Shown here: piece by piece, positions 40,001-53,694 of the stretch
Position numbering within the stretch: the first letter of the stretch is position 1
Layout of the letters: each line of letters opens with the position of its first letter
Assembly (NCBI GenBank): GCA_965153455.1
Contig: OZ234494.1
Span: 4,278,001-4,342,000, forward strand
Direction of reading: 5' to 3'
Source of the DNA: Sphagnum compactum
Lineage: Eukaryota
Length of the DNA stretch: 64,000 nt
The notes under the pieces: generated by a model
What the model was told of the DNA's origin: nothing
What the model saw: the letters and a program-made list of their open reading frames with translations, nothing else
The model's database searches: none
Position numbers and translations under genes: made by a program

Positions 40001-43000
40001 CCCACGTTTCAAGATGTCATTCCCACAATTTGTAAAAGTCTTGTTTTAATGGACTTAACTTTTTGAACACATATAATTTTTTTATGCATGATGAAAACAA
40101 TGTTGTTATTTCAAAAAATTCATTATGGTTTTTCTTTTGGAATTGATTGTTAAGCGCAAAATTAGCATGTTGAACAACTCAGACTTGGGTCATTCTTCCT
40201 TTTTTGGAGAAGATCCAAGAGACTATTACGAATGATAATTCCTCAAACTTTCACTTTTCCCTTTAGTAACCCTTCGTCGATGAAAAATCTAGGTTTAGTT
40301 TACCTTGGTCTATAGGGATGGTTATGATGAAAGATTCAGGAGGTTGCTTAGGTTTGTTTATGGTTTATTCCTACCTACCTCTCTTTCACCTTCTACCTAT
40401 GGTCCCTTTTATTACCATTCTCTAGACAACAAATAAAACAACATAATTATACCAACTCTACTTAATCCCAACCAACCACTACGGGCAATGGTGATCTACT
40501 AAGTTAGTTATTTGTCCCATTTTTACTACCGTGATCAACGAACATTAATCCCACCACATCTTCTCACTATTTTTTCACCTCTTATCCTTATAACCCCTTC
40601 CATCCTTACTTTACTAAACAACAACCTTTACTTCAATTGGGAACCTTCATACATTGGAATTACTTATATTGTCCATTTTTCAAAACCACAATGCCACATT
40701 CAAGATTAACATGTTCAACCCATTCACATTTATAAATTGTCGAAATTTTTTATGTTCTAATGAAATACATGAGGTTTTTACTATTATTTTAAAATATCTC
40801 CTTAAAATAATCATCATATCATCAAGAACCCCCTTCCCTGATTATGGCATCAGCTATACTTTAAGTATGCAAAAAACACACAACCACCACAACTTCCTTT
40901 TTTCACCCCCTCTCTTAATTCAGTTCCCTCACAAACCTTAAAACAATGTAAATATCTTCCAAGTCATCTACATTCCCCTTTTGTACCTCCCCCTCACCTT
41001 CCCCCAATCATCTGTATTCCTTTTCTATACCTCCCCTTCAGTTTCCCCCATCCTTGAACTCCCCTTGCTCACTTTTTCCTCCTTCCTTTTACCTCCAATG
41101 GCCCTTCTAATTGAAAACAATCCTTGAATAGCCACCACCACCACCCTTGCCTCCCACTCATACCTCCACTTCTTCTTCTCATGTATATTTCCTTAAGTTT
41201 GCCCAAAAAGTTTCATTCTTCATGAGAAAGTAACCACCTTCCACTTACTTGTTGATGATAGAATTAGTCACCCCCAAGTCTCCCCAAGTTTTCACATCAT
41301 GCTCCTACCTCCACCCCAAAACTCATTAATATTTCAACACCTTCATATCAAAATGAGAAATCAATAAGGAGCTAACCAAGAAACCCCAACCTCCTATGAC
41401 AACCTAACCCTTTAATCTATACTTAAGAAGAATTTTTAGGAAATAATTTTGTCGAACTATCCCCCCCTTACCCAATAAATCAACCACTATAAGGCATGGT
41501 AAGATGACCTTTTATCCTTTCTAGACTAAGTAACCCACTCCTTCTCATCCTATCTAGGCCACCATTTCTTAAAATCTAAGGTAGTTAGGACTTTATCCTA
41601 ACCCCTTTTAAATCACAATCTCCTTCCCTCCCCCAAAACTCTTATCCTTTTCAACTTACTTTTTATCTCACCTAAACCCCCTTCCCCACTAGCAACAATC
41701 CCACAAAATGCTACAAAATGGGGTTAGGTTAATTTCTGCCCAACATTCATCCAATTTTTAAAATATGATTCTTATTAAAACCTCTTGTAGCATGATAATT
41801 AAAAAATTGTTAAATATGTGAATGTTGAATATCAAACTATATACCAAGAACAATTTCCATCACAAGCCTAAATTGGCATTTTATATTGAATCAATTTAAC
41901 GATAAATGTTTTTGTCCTCGCCCATAAACAATCAAAGTACAACTTCCAGACCAAAATATAACTTACCACTTTAACACAAGCCAATGCAAATCTATAATAG
42001 TTATTTGTTTTGAAAGGGCTAGTTTTAATCATAACATGATAAACAAATTCAATGCATAATAAGGACTTTTACACCACCTTGTTACATAATTCATTCATAT
42101 TTTGACATGCATGCACATTTCATGTATTTATGGTGAAGATGCTCTAAGTTCATCTACAATCCATATAAACTATAACCATAATTGTCTAAATAGTTCATTT
42201 AATTATGATTTCACCCAACAAACATGTATAGAAAATGGAATGTTGTACAATATGTGTGTAAATAAACTTGACAATCAATGTAAACAAAATTTTAAGTGAA
42301 TAATCTATATATTAAACTTAATATTTATGAATCTAAATATATTCCTTATGTCATTGGTTTGGTATTAATTAAGTATACAATAGGACATAAATATATTTGT
42401 TTTTAAAATGTCACGTTGAACTTCATGTTCCAATGTATGTGCAAGATATGATTTTTTAAATCACCAGTTTTCATGAATGCACATTTATCTAAACATATGT
42501 TTAATATACAATTTTTACTCTTATTAAATGTTGGATTACACATATAAAATCAAAATAGGGGTTTTGTCATTTATGAAATCACCTGGATATTAAATTGTTA
42601 AATTTATTTTTTTGTTTGCGAGGGTATTATAGAGAATTTTATTTTAAAAATTTTGTTTAATATTATCCATTTGGTTTTTAAAAATAAAATATTGAAATTA
42701 ATCCATGGTATCAACAATATAAATCCATTTTTCAATCATTAAATAAAATGCATTAAGAGGTTGTTATCAACAACATAAGAGGTTGGTCCTTAACACTCCA
42801 AGGAAATAGTATAGTCTTGAAGTTATAGTATTATAATTAGGGTTTGACTATCTCTTTATAGGGATATACAAAGAACTACCGAAACCACCTTACTAGCGTT
42901 ACATTGTTGTTTTTCGAATCGAAAGTTTGATTTGTATAAGGCGCAAATACTTAAAGGTTGATGATATGAAGCATGAACATGCAGTTGAAGTTGGCATGAC

Positions 43001-43029
43001 TTCTTTTAAGTATTAAACAACAAAGGATC

Positions 43030-43404
43030 AAACTAATAGAGAAGTTACCAATTGTGATTGAATTAGGGAAGGTTACTTTCATGGGATGCACTCACGTTAG
43101 TATTTAGGCCTTAGACACTCAAGAAGGGGCATGGGCTAAGAAGGTAGGTCTTACATCATTGAAGAAACTCGACTACACTCACATCAATGAACCTTTGGCA
43201 AAAGAGTTGTTTTGTAATTTCAACTATGGTGACCAATATGTCAAATTATAGGGACAACAAATCAACATAGGTGAGGAGGGCATAGTGAAGGTATTCAAAT
43301 TACCTTGTGAAGGATTGATGGCAGGAACACGGGAGTGGTACGATGGTGTTGTTGCCACCTATTTTGCAAGTACGCAACAAAAACATTATGTTATCAAATT
43401 AGGG
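43030..43404 (+). pseudogene. Decayed transposon-associated ORF fragment, resembling an accessory ORF of LTR retrotransposons
   Basis: A single frame with two TAG stops reads ...EPLAKELFCNFNYGDQYVKL*GQQINIGEEGIVKVFKLPCEG..., resembling the 'EF..N....V.V.G..I.I....I..VF.LP..G' pattern. It ends abruptly at cactactacaaaa (43405). Confidence 0.4.
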
Positions 43405-46120
43405 CACTACTACAAAATGTGGGTTTAGTTCACTAGTCCCCGTTCAGTAGACCAGTGAATTCACTACTATAAGAACCCTCCCCTCTCTAAGCCTTGCGAT
43501 CTACTTATGTTTACTTCATGATAGCAGGCTTCCCCTCTTGCACTCTGTAAAGCATGTGGGTGGGGGGCATTCGCAAAATGCATTGCTGGACCTGACAACC
43601 AAATTGTCTTGTCCTAAGCCCCTTATTCTGGCAATGCCCACCCACCCTGGGGCTTTGCCCTACACACAAAGCCCTCCAAGAAATCCACTGGTGTATTTCA
43701 TGGGTGTGTTATCTATCAGAAGGAAGAATAGGTGCATTTGTTGCTCTTCTGCTTTGATGGAGGCCATTATAAAGAGCCCATTTGTATGACAGGCTCTTTC
43801 TAATACACATTGTATGATTAGAAGAGCATACCATAGGAGGGCAACACATGCTGGTCATTTGTAAAGCTTGATCTAAAGCTTGATTCTCTGCAACAATCTT
43901 TCTTTGCCTTCTCATCAGCCAATCAGGCTGCCACTTTGGTGCTCTACTTCTGGAATGATCTTTCCCAGGTCCACTTGCTATAACTTGGCACAACACAAAG
44001 AAAAATCTCTTTTGTTGGGTAAACGTTTTATGTTCAGGTACATTCCAATATTCTGGCACAATCTTTAGTTTTCCAATCAGGCTCCCTTCTGTTCTACTCC
44101 CACAATTCTCTTTCTTTCTTTCGCATGGCCACTTGGGATCATTTTTTTTCTGGAACTGTTTCAAACTTTTCAAAGGCATGAATGCTAAACCCAAACTATA
44201 ACCAGATCCAGTCTGCATGGCATTTTTTGGGTGTAATAAAATACCATTACACAATAGTGAATATTTTGGATACTTATTTTTATATCCGACCTGAAGGATA
44301 TAGAACAAATCATGTACTCGCAGAACACTGGTTGCACCAACCATGTAGAGCAATCGTAAGCAGCTCAGACAAAGTCCAGTCCATACATAGCTCAAATCAG
44401 TTTGCTATGACTTTTTCTACTCAAAGCCTTGGACACATTTTGTTCACCAAACTATCATTCCCAAAAAGTATTTCCGAAAGAAGTTGAGTTCTTTTCATCC
44501 ACAAACTTTTGTAACTATATTGGCAAACTTGGCTGCTAAATTACAACAATCTAATGTGATTTCGAGTTTTTCAAATTGGTCTATCTATGCAAGAGGCATC
44601 ATTTGTATAAATTGGTTACCATAATACTTGGGCCAGTCCGACATTTATTAAAGTATTTGTGACATTTTAACATTTTCGAATTTTTTGATAAATACCTGGT
44701 AAATGTCTTGAAAGTTTTACAAAAAAAATTATAGGTAATTTTATTTATTTCTTTCATGTGTTCTTTTTCCCCATTCAATGGATCTTGTTTTCTACTTTCA
44801 TAAAGAAATTTAGTGTGTGCACATGAGAAAGTTGGGAGTTTGATGAGAAAGAGTAATAATACTAATTCTTTCAATACTTGATATGCATATTACTCGACCT
44901 CTCCAACTTCATGAAAGTGCAATTGAAGCTTTTCTAACTGATTAATACCCCAACCTTTGTCCAAGTATGAAAACAATTTAAAATGTGTCTCAAATTTATT
45001 TATTCAACAATGGCTTTAAAAGAAAACTTGGGAAATTTGTGAAGCCTAGTTTTTAAACTATTCAAGCCTTCAAAGTTTCAATACGATTATGTCAAAATGA
45101 GGATGCATTTTGGATCTCCAAAGGAGGGAGAAATAATAAATCATAGTGATGGAACTCAAATGAATGCCCTACCATAACTAAGCTTCATTTTTGGTAACTT
45201 ATTACATGTCTTTAAACAGCTTGGTTTCTATTGAGAATATGCTAATTGTGAAAAAATAATTTCCACAATAAAAAAATTTAATCAATTAATCCCCATAAAT
45301 TACTATGCATTGTGTTGTTTGGTGCCAATTGCAACACACCAAGTCTTTTGGTGATTGTAAACTTGCATCATAAGAACAAAGGGGAAATTCAAATGAGAAC
45401 AATTTATGGTATTCAAAACATTGAAGAAATGGAAAAAAGAACAAAACTTTTCATCATATTATCTCATAGGGGCCAATATAGGAATACTTAATTCTTCTAA
45501 AACTCCCAAAAACTTGACGTTGGGATGTACATGATAACATGACCAAAATCAAATGCAAACCTCCATACGACCAATTTAGGTGTTGCAAGCTGTCCAACTA
45601 TAATTATTGGGCTGGAAAAAACTACTTCCATATCCCACCATATAAGACACGTCATGTACTAATCTTTCTTTAAGGATTGTGGCAACTAACGTACCGCTTA
45701 CATAGTGCCTTCATTGGCACCTCAAGCAACTATAAACATATGCCTACATGCAAAACACTTTGTCATAACATATGATGATTCTTTTGCCCTTTGATTTGTG
45801 CATATAATTGATGATTACATGTTGCATTGTATGTCAAAAGTGGATACTTCAAGTTATGGATGGATACAAAGGTATGGATTTTGATTTTTTTATAAAAACA
45901 TTGTACACCTTTAGGCGACGTGCCAAACGAATGTTGGAATCTAACGACAAGCTTGTTATCAACATCGCCAATATTTATAAACACATGCAAACACTAGAAA
46001 CCCCTTTAATAATGAACAAAACACAAAAAATAAAAGTTAAATGCCAAGTTTGAATTAAACCCTTGTCCCAAAGGACCTTGCACTCAATGGTAGTACATGC
46101 CCCTAACATGCGAGCAACAC

Positions 46121-46255
46121 CTGGGATGTTGACAAAGGGATTGTGGGTTGTCATTTGCTACTCCAAGAAATGGCTTCACCTCCCATCATGAATACAAACC
46201 TTGTGGTGGATGTCCTATCCTCAAGGTCATTGGCCCAATCTGCATCACATTATCC
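46121..46255 (-). mobile_element. Ty1/copia RNase H remnant
   Basis: Translates G*CDADWANDLEDRTSTTRFVFMMGGEAISWSSK*QPTIPLSTSQ, matching the copia pattern GY.DADWA.D..DR.ST.G..F..G...ISW.SK.Q...ALST.E. Confidence 0.85.
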
Positions 46256-46602
46256 AACCATCACTTAGAAACACAACTATTTTCATTCAAACTAGCACTA
46301 TTAGTTGGAAATCTTATGTGTTTTCACGTAAATATAAGAATATCTCAGTAGTACTAGAAAATGAGATAACCATGATCTGGATATTTAGGACGGACGACTC
46401 ATAGTATCTACCCACTTAAGAAAGAGCTGGCAACAGTAAAGCACTTGATTCGATCTTATTTGTTTAAGGGCAAAACGAGGAGTCTAAACCGATGTACATA
46501 AATGATTTTAATTTATGGACTCTACTTGATTGACACAAGAAATCTGACTTTAAGTTTAAATAAAATTAATTTCAAAACTTTAAAAATAAAACAAACGACT
46601 AT

Positions 46603-47413
46603 CACTAGTAGAAAATGGCCATTTTGCAACTAGTCCCTGTAACTACTTATTAGTTGCAAGCGACATTTGCAACTAAAATCTTAATAATCACGTTGGACAA
46701 GTCACATTGACACTAGACGCAAACGACAACGAATTTTGGATGAAAGAAAAAATCAACAAAATACATTTTCATCTTTTAACTTGTCATATACATATTGTCG
46801 TTTGCAACTAAGATGCGATTTTTTTTGTGAACAATGGGAACAAATTATGTGTTGCCACATGTCCCAATTCTTAATAATTAAAAATATTTTATTATTATTT
46901 TGAAATAATTTGGATGGTTTAGATTGTGACACGTGGTGCAATAAAAATTTGCCATGTGGCATATTAATTGAATTTGTCCAAATTCAATTTAAATCAATAT
47001 TTAAGTATGTAGGTTGAACTAAGTACCTACATACTTATATAACTACCTACCCATCTAGGCTAAACACATCTCTACATAGGACCTATTTACCCACCTAGGC
47101 CAAATACTTACTTAGGTAGGTAGTTAAGTAAGTTAGGGAAGTAAATAGTTAGGTGTAAATACATGAATATTTTTATTTTATTTTGGGTTAAGTCATTTTC
47201 ATTGGCTCATCCCATATGTCCATGTGTTTAAATATGAAAATGTAAAGACAAAATACCTTGTTTATATATTTTTCAAAATGAAAATGAAAGCCAAAACATA
47301 TGGGATAAACTTTTTAGTTACAAGTCATTTGCGACTAAAAACGATTAGTCGCAAATGACTTGCAACTAAAAAAATTATCCCATATGTTTTGGCTTTCATT
47401 CTCATTTTGAAAA
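46603..47413 (+). mobile_element. CACTA-like terminus with subterminal direct and inverted repeats
   Basis: cactagtagaaaa at 46603 is followed by ttgcaacta/tagttgcaa motifs in both orientations (46624-46676, 47313-47370). No matching right TIR was found. Confidence 0.45.
47270..47413. repeat. Long near-perfect palindrome (69-bp arms, 6-nt loop)
   Basis: Arms 47270-47338 and 47345-47413 have 4 mismatches. The loop is aaacga. Confidence 0.92.
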
Positions 47414-47419
47414 TATACA

Positions 47420-48900
47420 ATTAAGTAGGTAAGTGACAACTAACTAACTAATTAATTAACTAACTAATTAACTAATAAAATTACAAATTATTGAATGAAT
47501 AAAATATTAAAAAATAAATTAAGAAACTTCTTAATTGATTAATTAACAACTAAATTGGAAACTAACTAATTCACTTTATAAATTATACCAACTAACTAAT
47601 TATTTATAGTAATAATCATCAATATATTATGATTACTGAATTAATTATATTATTAATTATAATTAAATAATACTTAATTTATTAGCTCGATAAACAGTGA
47701 TAATATTTAATTTTAATTATATATGACATTAATGATCTATCAGCCAATTTCATTAATTAGTAATTGGCCAATATTGAAATAATTAGCTAATATTAATAAA
47801 TATTTATTTATTATTTCATAACCAAATAAATTAATATAATAACTGAAATATTCAGAAGTTAATAATCAATAATTAGTGATTATAAAAATTGAGTACTAAT
47901 TTTTTTTAATCTAATAATATAATTAAAACTTAGCCTAGGTTAACTATTTATTGTAATTATTCCCATTGTTATTCTCATTTTTATAGATCATAATAAATAT
48001 AAATGTAAATATAGAATAGTAACAATAACATTAATTCAATTATTATTGTAACTAGTTGGAAGCCAAGGTTCACTATTTTATTTTTATTATTCATATTATA
48101 TTTCATTCATTATAGCTATTTATGAACTATTACAATAAATATTCTATATTTTTAACAAGTATATTTTTTCTTCGAAAATAATTTCTTCATTTTTATATTA
48201 ATTTATTTGATTTCCATTCTAACTATTACAGTAATTATTAGTAAAAAATGATAAAACTGAAAATAAAAATTATATATCAGTAATTGATTATGATAATTGA
48301 ATGATAATTAATTAATAATTAATTAATAATTATAAATCTGAAATATAAAAACTTAAAACTATATATTAATATTTCTTGGTAATTATTATAATACAGTAAA
48401 ACTTCACAATTGATTACATATAATAATAATAATAATAATTGTAGGTAGCCTAAATTAGTTATCTTTTATTATATATTATTATATATTATTATGTCATTTG
48501 TTAAATCTATTAAGATTTACAATGTTAATTATTTTTAATAAATTAAAAAAATTAATAATACATTAATGAGTTGAAAAGAATTTAATAATAATAATATAAT
48601 ATATTGGAGTTTTAGTAATTATTTCAGTAATTATATAATTTGTTTCCTATCGTTCTAATATCATCATCATCATCATCATTATGTAATAAAATATTACTAT
48701 TTAATTAAACGTAGTGAAAGATAATATTGAAATTTAATTTTTTATTACGTGTAATTAATATAAACATATAATAATAATAGTAATGATAAATGTCGTTTGT
48801 AATAATTTTAAGAAGTATAATAAGATGGTTTGGATAAACTTGTAATATGGGCACAATATATTTAATAATTGTTTTACATGAAGTTTTAATATACTCAAAA
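47420..48900. repeat. Extremely AT-rich low-complexity tract
   Basis: Dense taat/tta/aacta words with very few G or C bases. Confidence 0.8.
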
Positions 48901-49331
48901 TATACATTAATTAATGTAACCATAATATTGAGGCCATTTATGCTAATAATATATGAAAGTTGAAAAAATATTGAACCATGCCATTTCACATAATTTGAAC
49001 CATGTGATTAATTTGAAAATTTTCATCTCAAAAACTGATTTTTTCCAACAAAGATGTGATATATGTGTGAGAAATTGAAATTTTGACAAGTAATCACATT
49101 CACATGGAAGATGACAAGCATAACTAGATGGGCCATTTAAAAAATTTCATTAAATCCAAGATTTTAATGATTAATAAAACTTTAAAGTTAGTGTATTCAA
49201 AACGAAATAGTGGCCTTATTATACCAATGTATATTATAAATATACCCATTTAGATCCTTCAATATAGATAATGAAATGTTTATTATTTAAAAATAATATT
49301 ACATATTATTAATTTTGTAAAAATAATAATT

Positions 49332-49974
49332 GGGCAAGCCCATCCTTGGGTGGTACCACTAGGAACGTCACACCTTGATTTTCTTAGAACCATCAAACTT
49401 TGAAAAATCATAGGAAACACTTAAATAAATATTTTCATAAATTATTTTCAATGAGTTCATTTATTAGATTCCACATATTTTGAAATTTCAATAATATCAA
49501 GAATTTTTTTATTTCGATGTTTCTAATCATTGCATCTAGAAAAAGTTTAAAAAACGTAATGCTTGTTCTTTTTATTTAAACTTTTTGTTCAAGAACACAA
49601 ATTTGAAACATGATTGAATTTTTTTGGGGTAATTCTTTCTAATTAATTTGGAAGTTATTTTATTTTTAGGTTTTTATTAGGCAATTAATTGAGTAAGCAT
49701 AATTTAATTATGAATTTCCAAGTTAAAGCTACCAAATTTTCAAGGGGCCATTTTAATTTGGAATGTAAATTCTTAAAAAATTTCATTTTTCAAATTTCAA
49801 AATAAACTTCAAGCCATATATTAGTGCATGCAATCGATAAACATGAAAAAAAGAAAATTTCTAGTTGTGAAACATTTAAGGTAAATGGCCTAGGAAAATG
49901 ATTTGGTTGTTTTTTATTCTTTAACCATTCCTTGAGGTGGTTCTTAGTGGTACCACCCAAAAATCAGTTTGCAC
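49332..49974. mobile_element. MITE-like element with terminal inverted repeats
   Basis: ttgggtggtaccactaggaac (49346-49366) vs gttcttagtggtaccacccaa (49940-49960) match 20/21 inverted, extending more weakly outward. No clear TSD. Confidence 0.6.
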
Positions 49975-52149
49975 AAATGTAAGGCCCAAAAACCAAAATT
50001 GATACCCAAAATTAAATGTACAATATTTTTGGAACACTTATATTGTATGTATTATAATACTATACCCAAAAATGCCCCAAAAAGGGTCACTGTAATATCC
50101 TCTCACCCTGCACAAAACATTTGAAGATCTAATGGTTAGGATTCATTGAACTAATGAGATCAAGATTGCCCATGTGGCTACATGTTGAGACACCAAGTGT
50201 CGTTGTTTAAATTGTGACCAAATATTTATTATTCAATTAAATGATTTAGAAGTTGATGGTGGAGATGTGACAATCTTATGAGGAAATATATCTTGTTTGT
50301 CTTTCCTTAATATAGTCATGAATGACATGGCAACAAATGACATATATTACTAGTAGCATAAGTCATGAATATGATTTTATTGTGTTATCATGTAGTGGTA
50401 AATGACACTTATTCCTACAAATGGAGTCATAAGTGATGTAATTTATGCTATGTTTTGGCATCGTGGAATGTAAAAAATATGAACAAAATGCCATATAATG
50501 AAATCTGCACAATTTTATTTTTTCAAAAGACAAAATTGATTACAAGAAAATTATTATGTGCACACAAAATAATTAATCATCATCAGTAATAATGCAAAGC
50601 GTAAGTGTGTAATTACGTTAGTTTAATGAAGTGAGGGGAAGGGGTAAGGGAAAATGTTGTCCTTTTCAATTTGTAATTCATTCATTTGGTGGTTCACCTT
50701 AATGGGGTTGTTAAGAATAAAAGATGATAACTTGCAACCTTTTTTCATTATCGAACTAGTCATAACCACAAGCCTTGAATATTGTTTTTTTACACTTCTT
50801 AACAAAGGCATAATTGTGGATTCTTTCATATTTATAACATGTAGTTCTTATACCCTTGGGGTTTTTGGGTGTCACAAATTGTCGTCTCTCGATGTGAACA
50901 AATGTGAACAATTGATTTTCAAGTTTTTATAGAAGGGAGATATTTACAATTGGGATTTTCATATATTTTAGTCTTACCTTTAAAAGTAGCATTGTTGCAA
51001 CCTCCTTTAAGGTTGGGTATTTTGAAGTTCTTCACACAAATGCCTCGTCATATATAATTTGTTTTTATTCCTATTCAAAATCTTTGAATGTTTGCACAAA
51101 CATGGTTCGATATGTTTACATCAAATGAATTCACGATATGAAAAGTTTGAAAGGTCCATATTAAAACTCTTCGAATCACACTATCAATTTCAATGAGCCA
51201 TTGTCACTATAGTACATCTAAGGGGACCATGATCTACAACCATTGTGGAGCATTCACATCGTATGTTTTTCTTCAGTTGTTTCATTTACATTTGAATATT
51301 TCAAAACCCAGTTTTGTGTGATAGTTCTTTCCACACTTCTTCACATATGTGTTTGCATGGTCCCTTTTTGTATTTCATGCTTTTGTCACCCTAACCTTGG
51401 TTAGTATCCTTGTAAGTAACATTAAAGCATTAGAACTTTCAATCTTTTTTTTTCTTCATTCTTGTCATCTTTTATTAAAATTGTGATACAAAATTAGATT
51501 TAAAAAAAAAGGGCTACGATGTTACCTTTGAAATCTTTCAAATTAGTTTATATGTGGAAGTTATGAGCTTGTAAAATAGTGGGTTCATAATTTAATTTTC
51601 AAATAAATTCAAGACTTTTGAAATTTTTTGTCACATTGATCTAATCATTGACACCATTACAAAACATATTATAAGGATGAAAATGATGAATCTTCCCAAA
51701 TTTGGGATATAGTGAATGTCTCTCCTATAATTTTGTTTATGCATTATTTTTCTTTCAATTTGCACTAACCACCTTTTTTGGGGGGGGGTGGGGGGTTTGT
51801 GCAAATTAATTTCACTTTAAAGTTCAACTTGGTGAAATCATTCTACTCCCATCCAAAACTCCCATTCCCTCCTTTTCCTTGTGAAAATTATATAATGCAC
51901 TTTGGGTTTGCATTTCATTGTTAATTAAAAAATTGACATAATGTTTTACCCTCAATATAATTTGACAAATGTAAAGGTGAATTACTAATTTTGAACAAAC
52001 TTGTATCCTTTCATGTTTTGACTCCAACACAATTGCATTGCTTATAACTTGAACAATTTATTTTGGTTAACTTTCACAAATTTTTCTACAACATTTTGTA
52101 TTTGGCTAAGACTCTCCCATTTAACTTGAATCATTGGTTTTTTTCAATT

Positions 52150-52700
52150 TGTGTGCATCCATGGGTTGTGAGGTTGGCTTCCACATGTGACTTGAACAAT
52201 CTCACACAAGTTTTTGGTCACATTTAACTCTTTTCATTGATGAGTTGACATCACCCTTTCAAAAAATAAGGGTTGATGTCAACTCATCGATGTTGTCATG
52301 GTTAATTCAACATGTATAGCTTGACTTGCTTATCGTAGAAGCAAGAGGATTCATTACTAATTAGACTTAGCACATGCAAAGGAAAAGAGTTATCACAATT
52401 GACATCCAAAATATCAATTCCTCCCTTTAATAATCAAAATATTTGGATGTTAACACAAATAGATAAGTGGATGTTTCTTAACATGACTATGCGAACACAA
52501 CTCAAGGTCTAAAGGAGCAAATATAGATGCACTGCCACTTGTTGTTTTTGGTGAGCCAACATGTTTCTATTACATTTAAAAAGATGCCAACAACTTCCAT
52601 TTTATGCCTAGGAATAGAGGAAGTGGGTTTAATCATCTCTCAATTTCCCCCCTTCCAAACTCAACTGCCATACTTACTATCAACTTACAGGCAATTGATT
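52150..52700 (+). mobile_element. Remnant 3' end (restriction-like endonuclease domain) of an RLE-clade (CRE-like) non-LTR retrotransposon
   Basis: The decayed translation gives *VDITL..LIDVVMVN, AHAKEKSY, QFLPLIIKIFGC and QHVSITFKKM..TSIL. These follow the order of the R.D..DV / K..KY / F.P...E.FG / Q.ISV.LQ pattern. Confidence 0.6.
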
Positions 52701-53300
52701 CACTTATGATATCCGTTATCAAACAAACCCTAGTCTTCCAACACTTGACTTGTATCATCAATTCAACTTGAATTTAGGTGCTCTCCTTTTTTTTTACTTC
52801 CACTTCCTTTTCTGGAGTGGGTTCTTTATTGACAAGGGGCTCATCCCATAATTGGCTCTGCCCTTCAAAAGATATCCATAAGGATGACAAATATTCAACA
52901 TACTAAATTGGAAAGATCCGGTGAGGGAGGGCCCAAGTAGATGCTTGAGTTCTGCTGGAAGGAAATGTTTCTACGGTGGACTCCACATGGACACCAAACT
53001 TGGGCCCATTTTTGTATGCATCCCAAGTTCCAATATCTCTACCTACTCCATTGCAAATTCTCAGAAACCAGTTGTGGCAAAAAGCTCCGGCAAGTACTAG
53101 AAAAGCAGTCCTAGGAGTGTACCTTCTAATGTACGTTTGACGGACGGGCGTGCGCTTTATCTAGAAAGGAAAAGCGCACAGGCTTATTAGAGTAGGGGAG
53201 CCGGTGCACTTCGTACCTTCCTGACGTTTTATGAGGACAGCCGTGGTTGTTGGGTAGGCCCGTAGGACGGGACAGTTAGTTGGGTGGGTGGCTGGGTGGG

Positions 53301-53694
53301 GGCCACAGTGAACTAGCACCCACCAGCACACCGTGAAGGATGGATGGATGGTAAGTTGTCAGGAAATAGTTTTCTGTTGGGTTTTCAGTTCCCTAGTTAA
53401 CCATCGTGGTTAGCTCAGTTGCTTTTTTCTTAACTACCTATTTATTAACAACCCACGAGCAGGTTGTTCGTAGGTAGATAGTAAAAACAGCCCATACCTA
53501 CTACCTACAAACCATTTACTTATCTAGTAATTACCTTTTTTTTAACCTATTTACATATATATGAGACCTACTTGCTACAAAATTGGTTGCCAAGGTGAAA
53601 CCAACTATTAACTCAGTTGAGGTTCATCCACAACTGAGTCATAACGGGTGTCCAGTGGATGGCGCACTGGTGGGGGTGCTGGTTCACTGTGGCC
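53301..53694. mobile_element. MITE related to the 6196-6446 element
   Basis: ~32-bp TIR ggccacagtgaactagcacccaccagcacacc vs the reverse complement ggccacagtgaaccagcacccccaccagtgcgcc. It shares ggcc..gtgaaccagcaccc with the 6196 element. The TSD is imperfect. Confidence 0.7.

Noticed and set aside
40200-41700. Purine/pyrimidine-skewed tract, possibly a decayed LINE
   Set aside because: No convincing protein motif could be recovered by eye.
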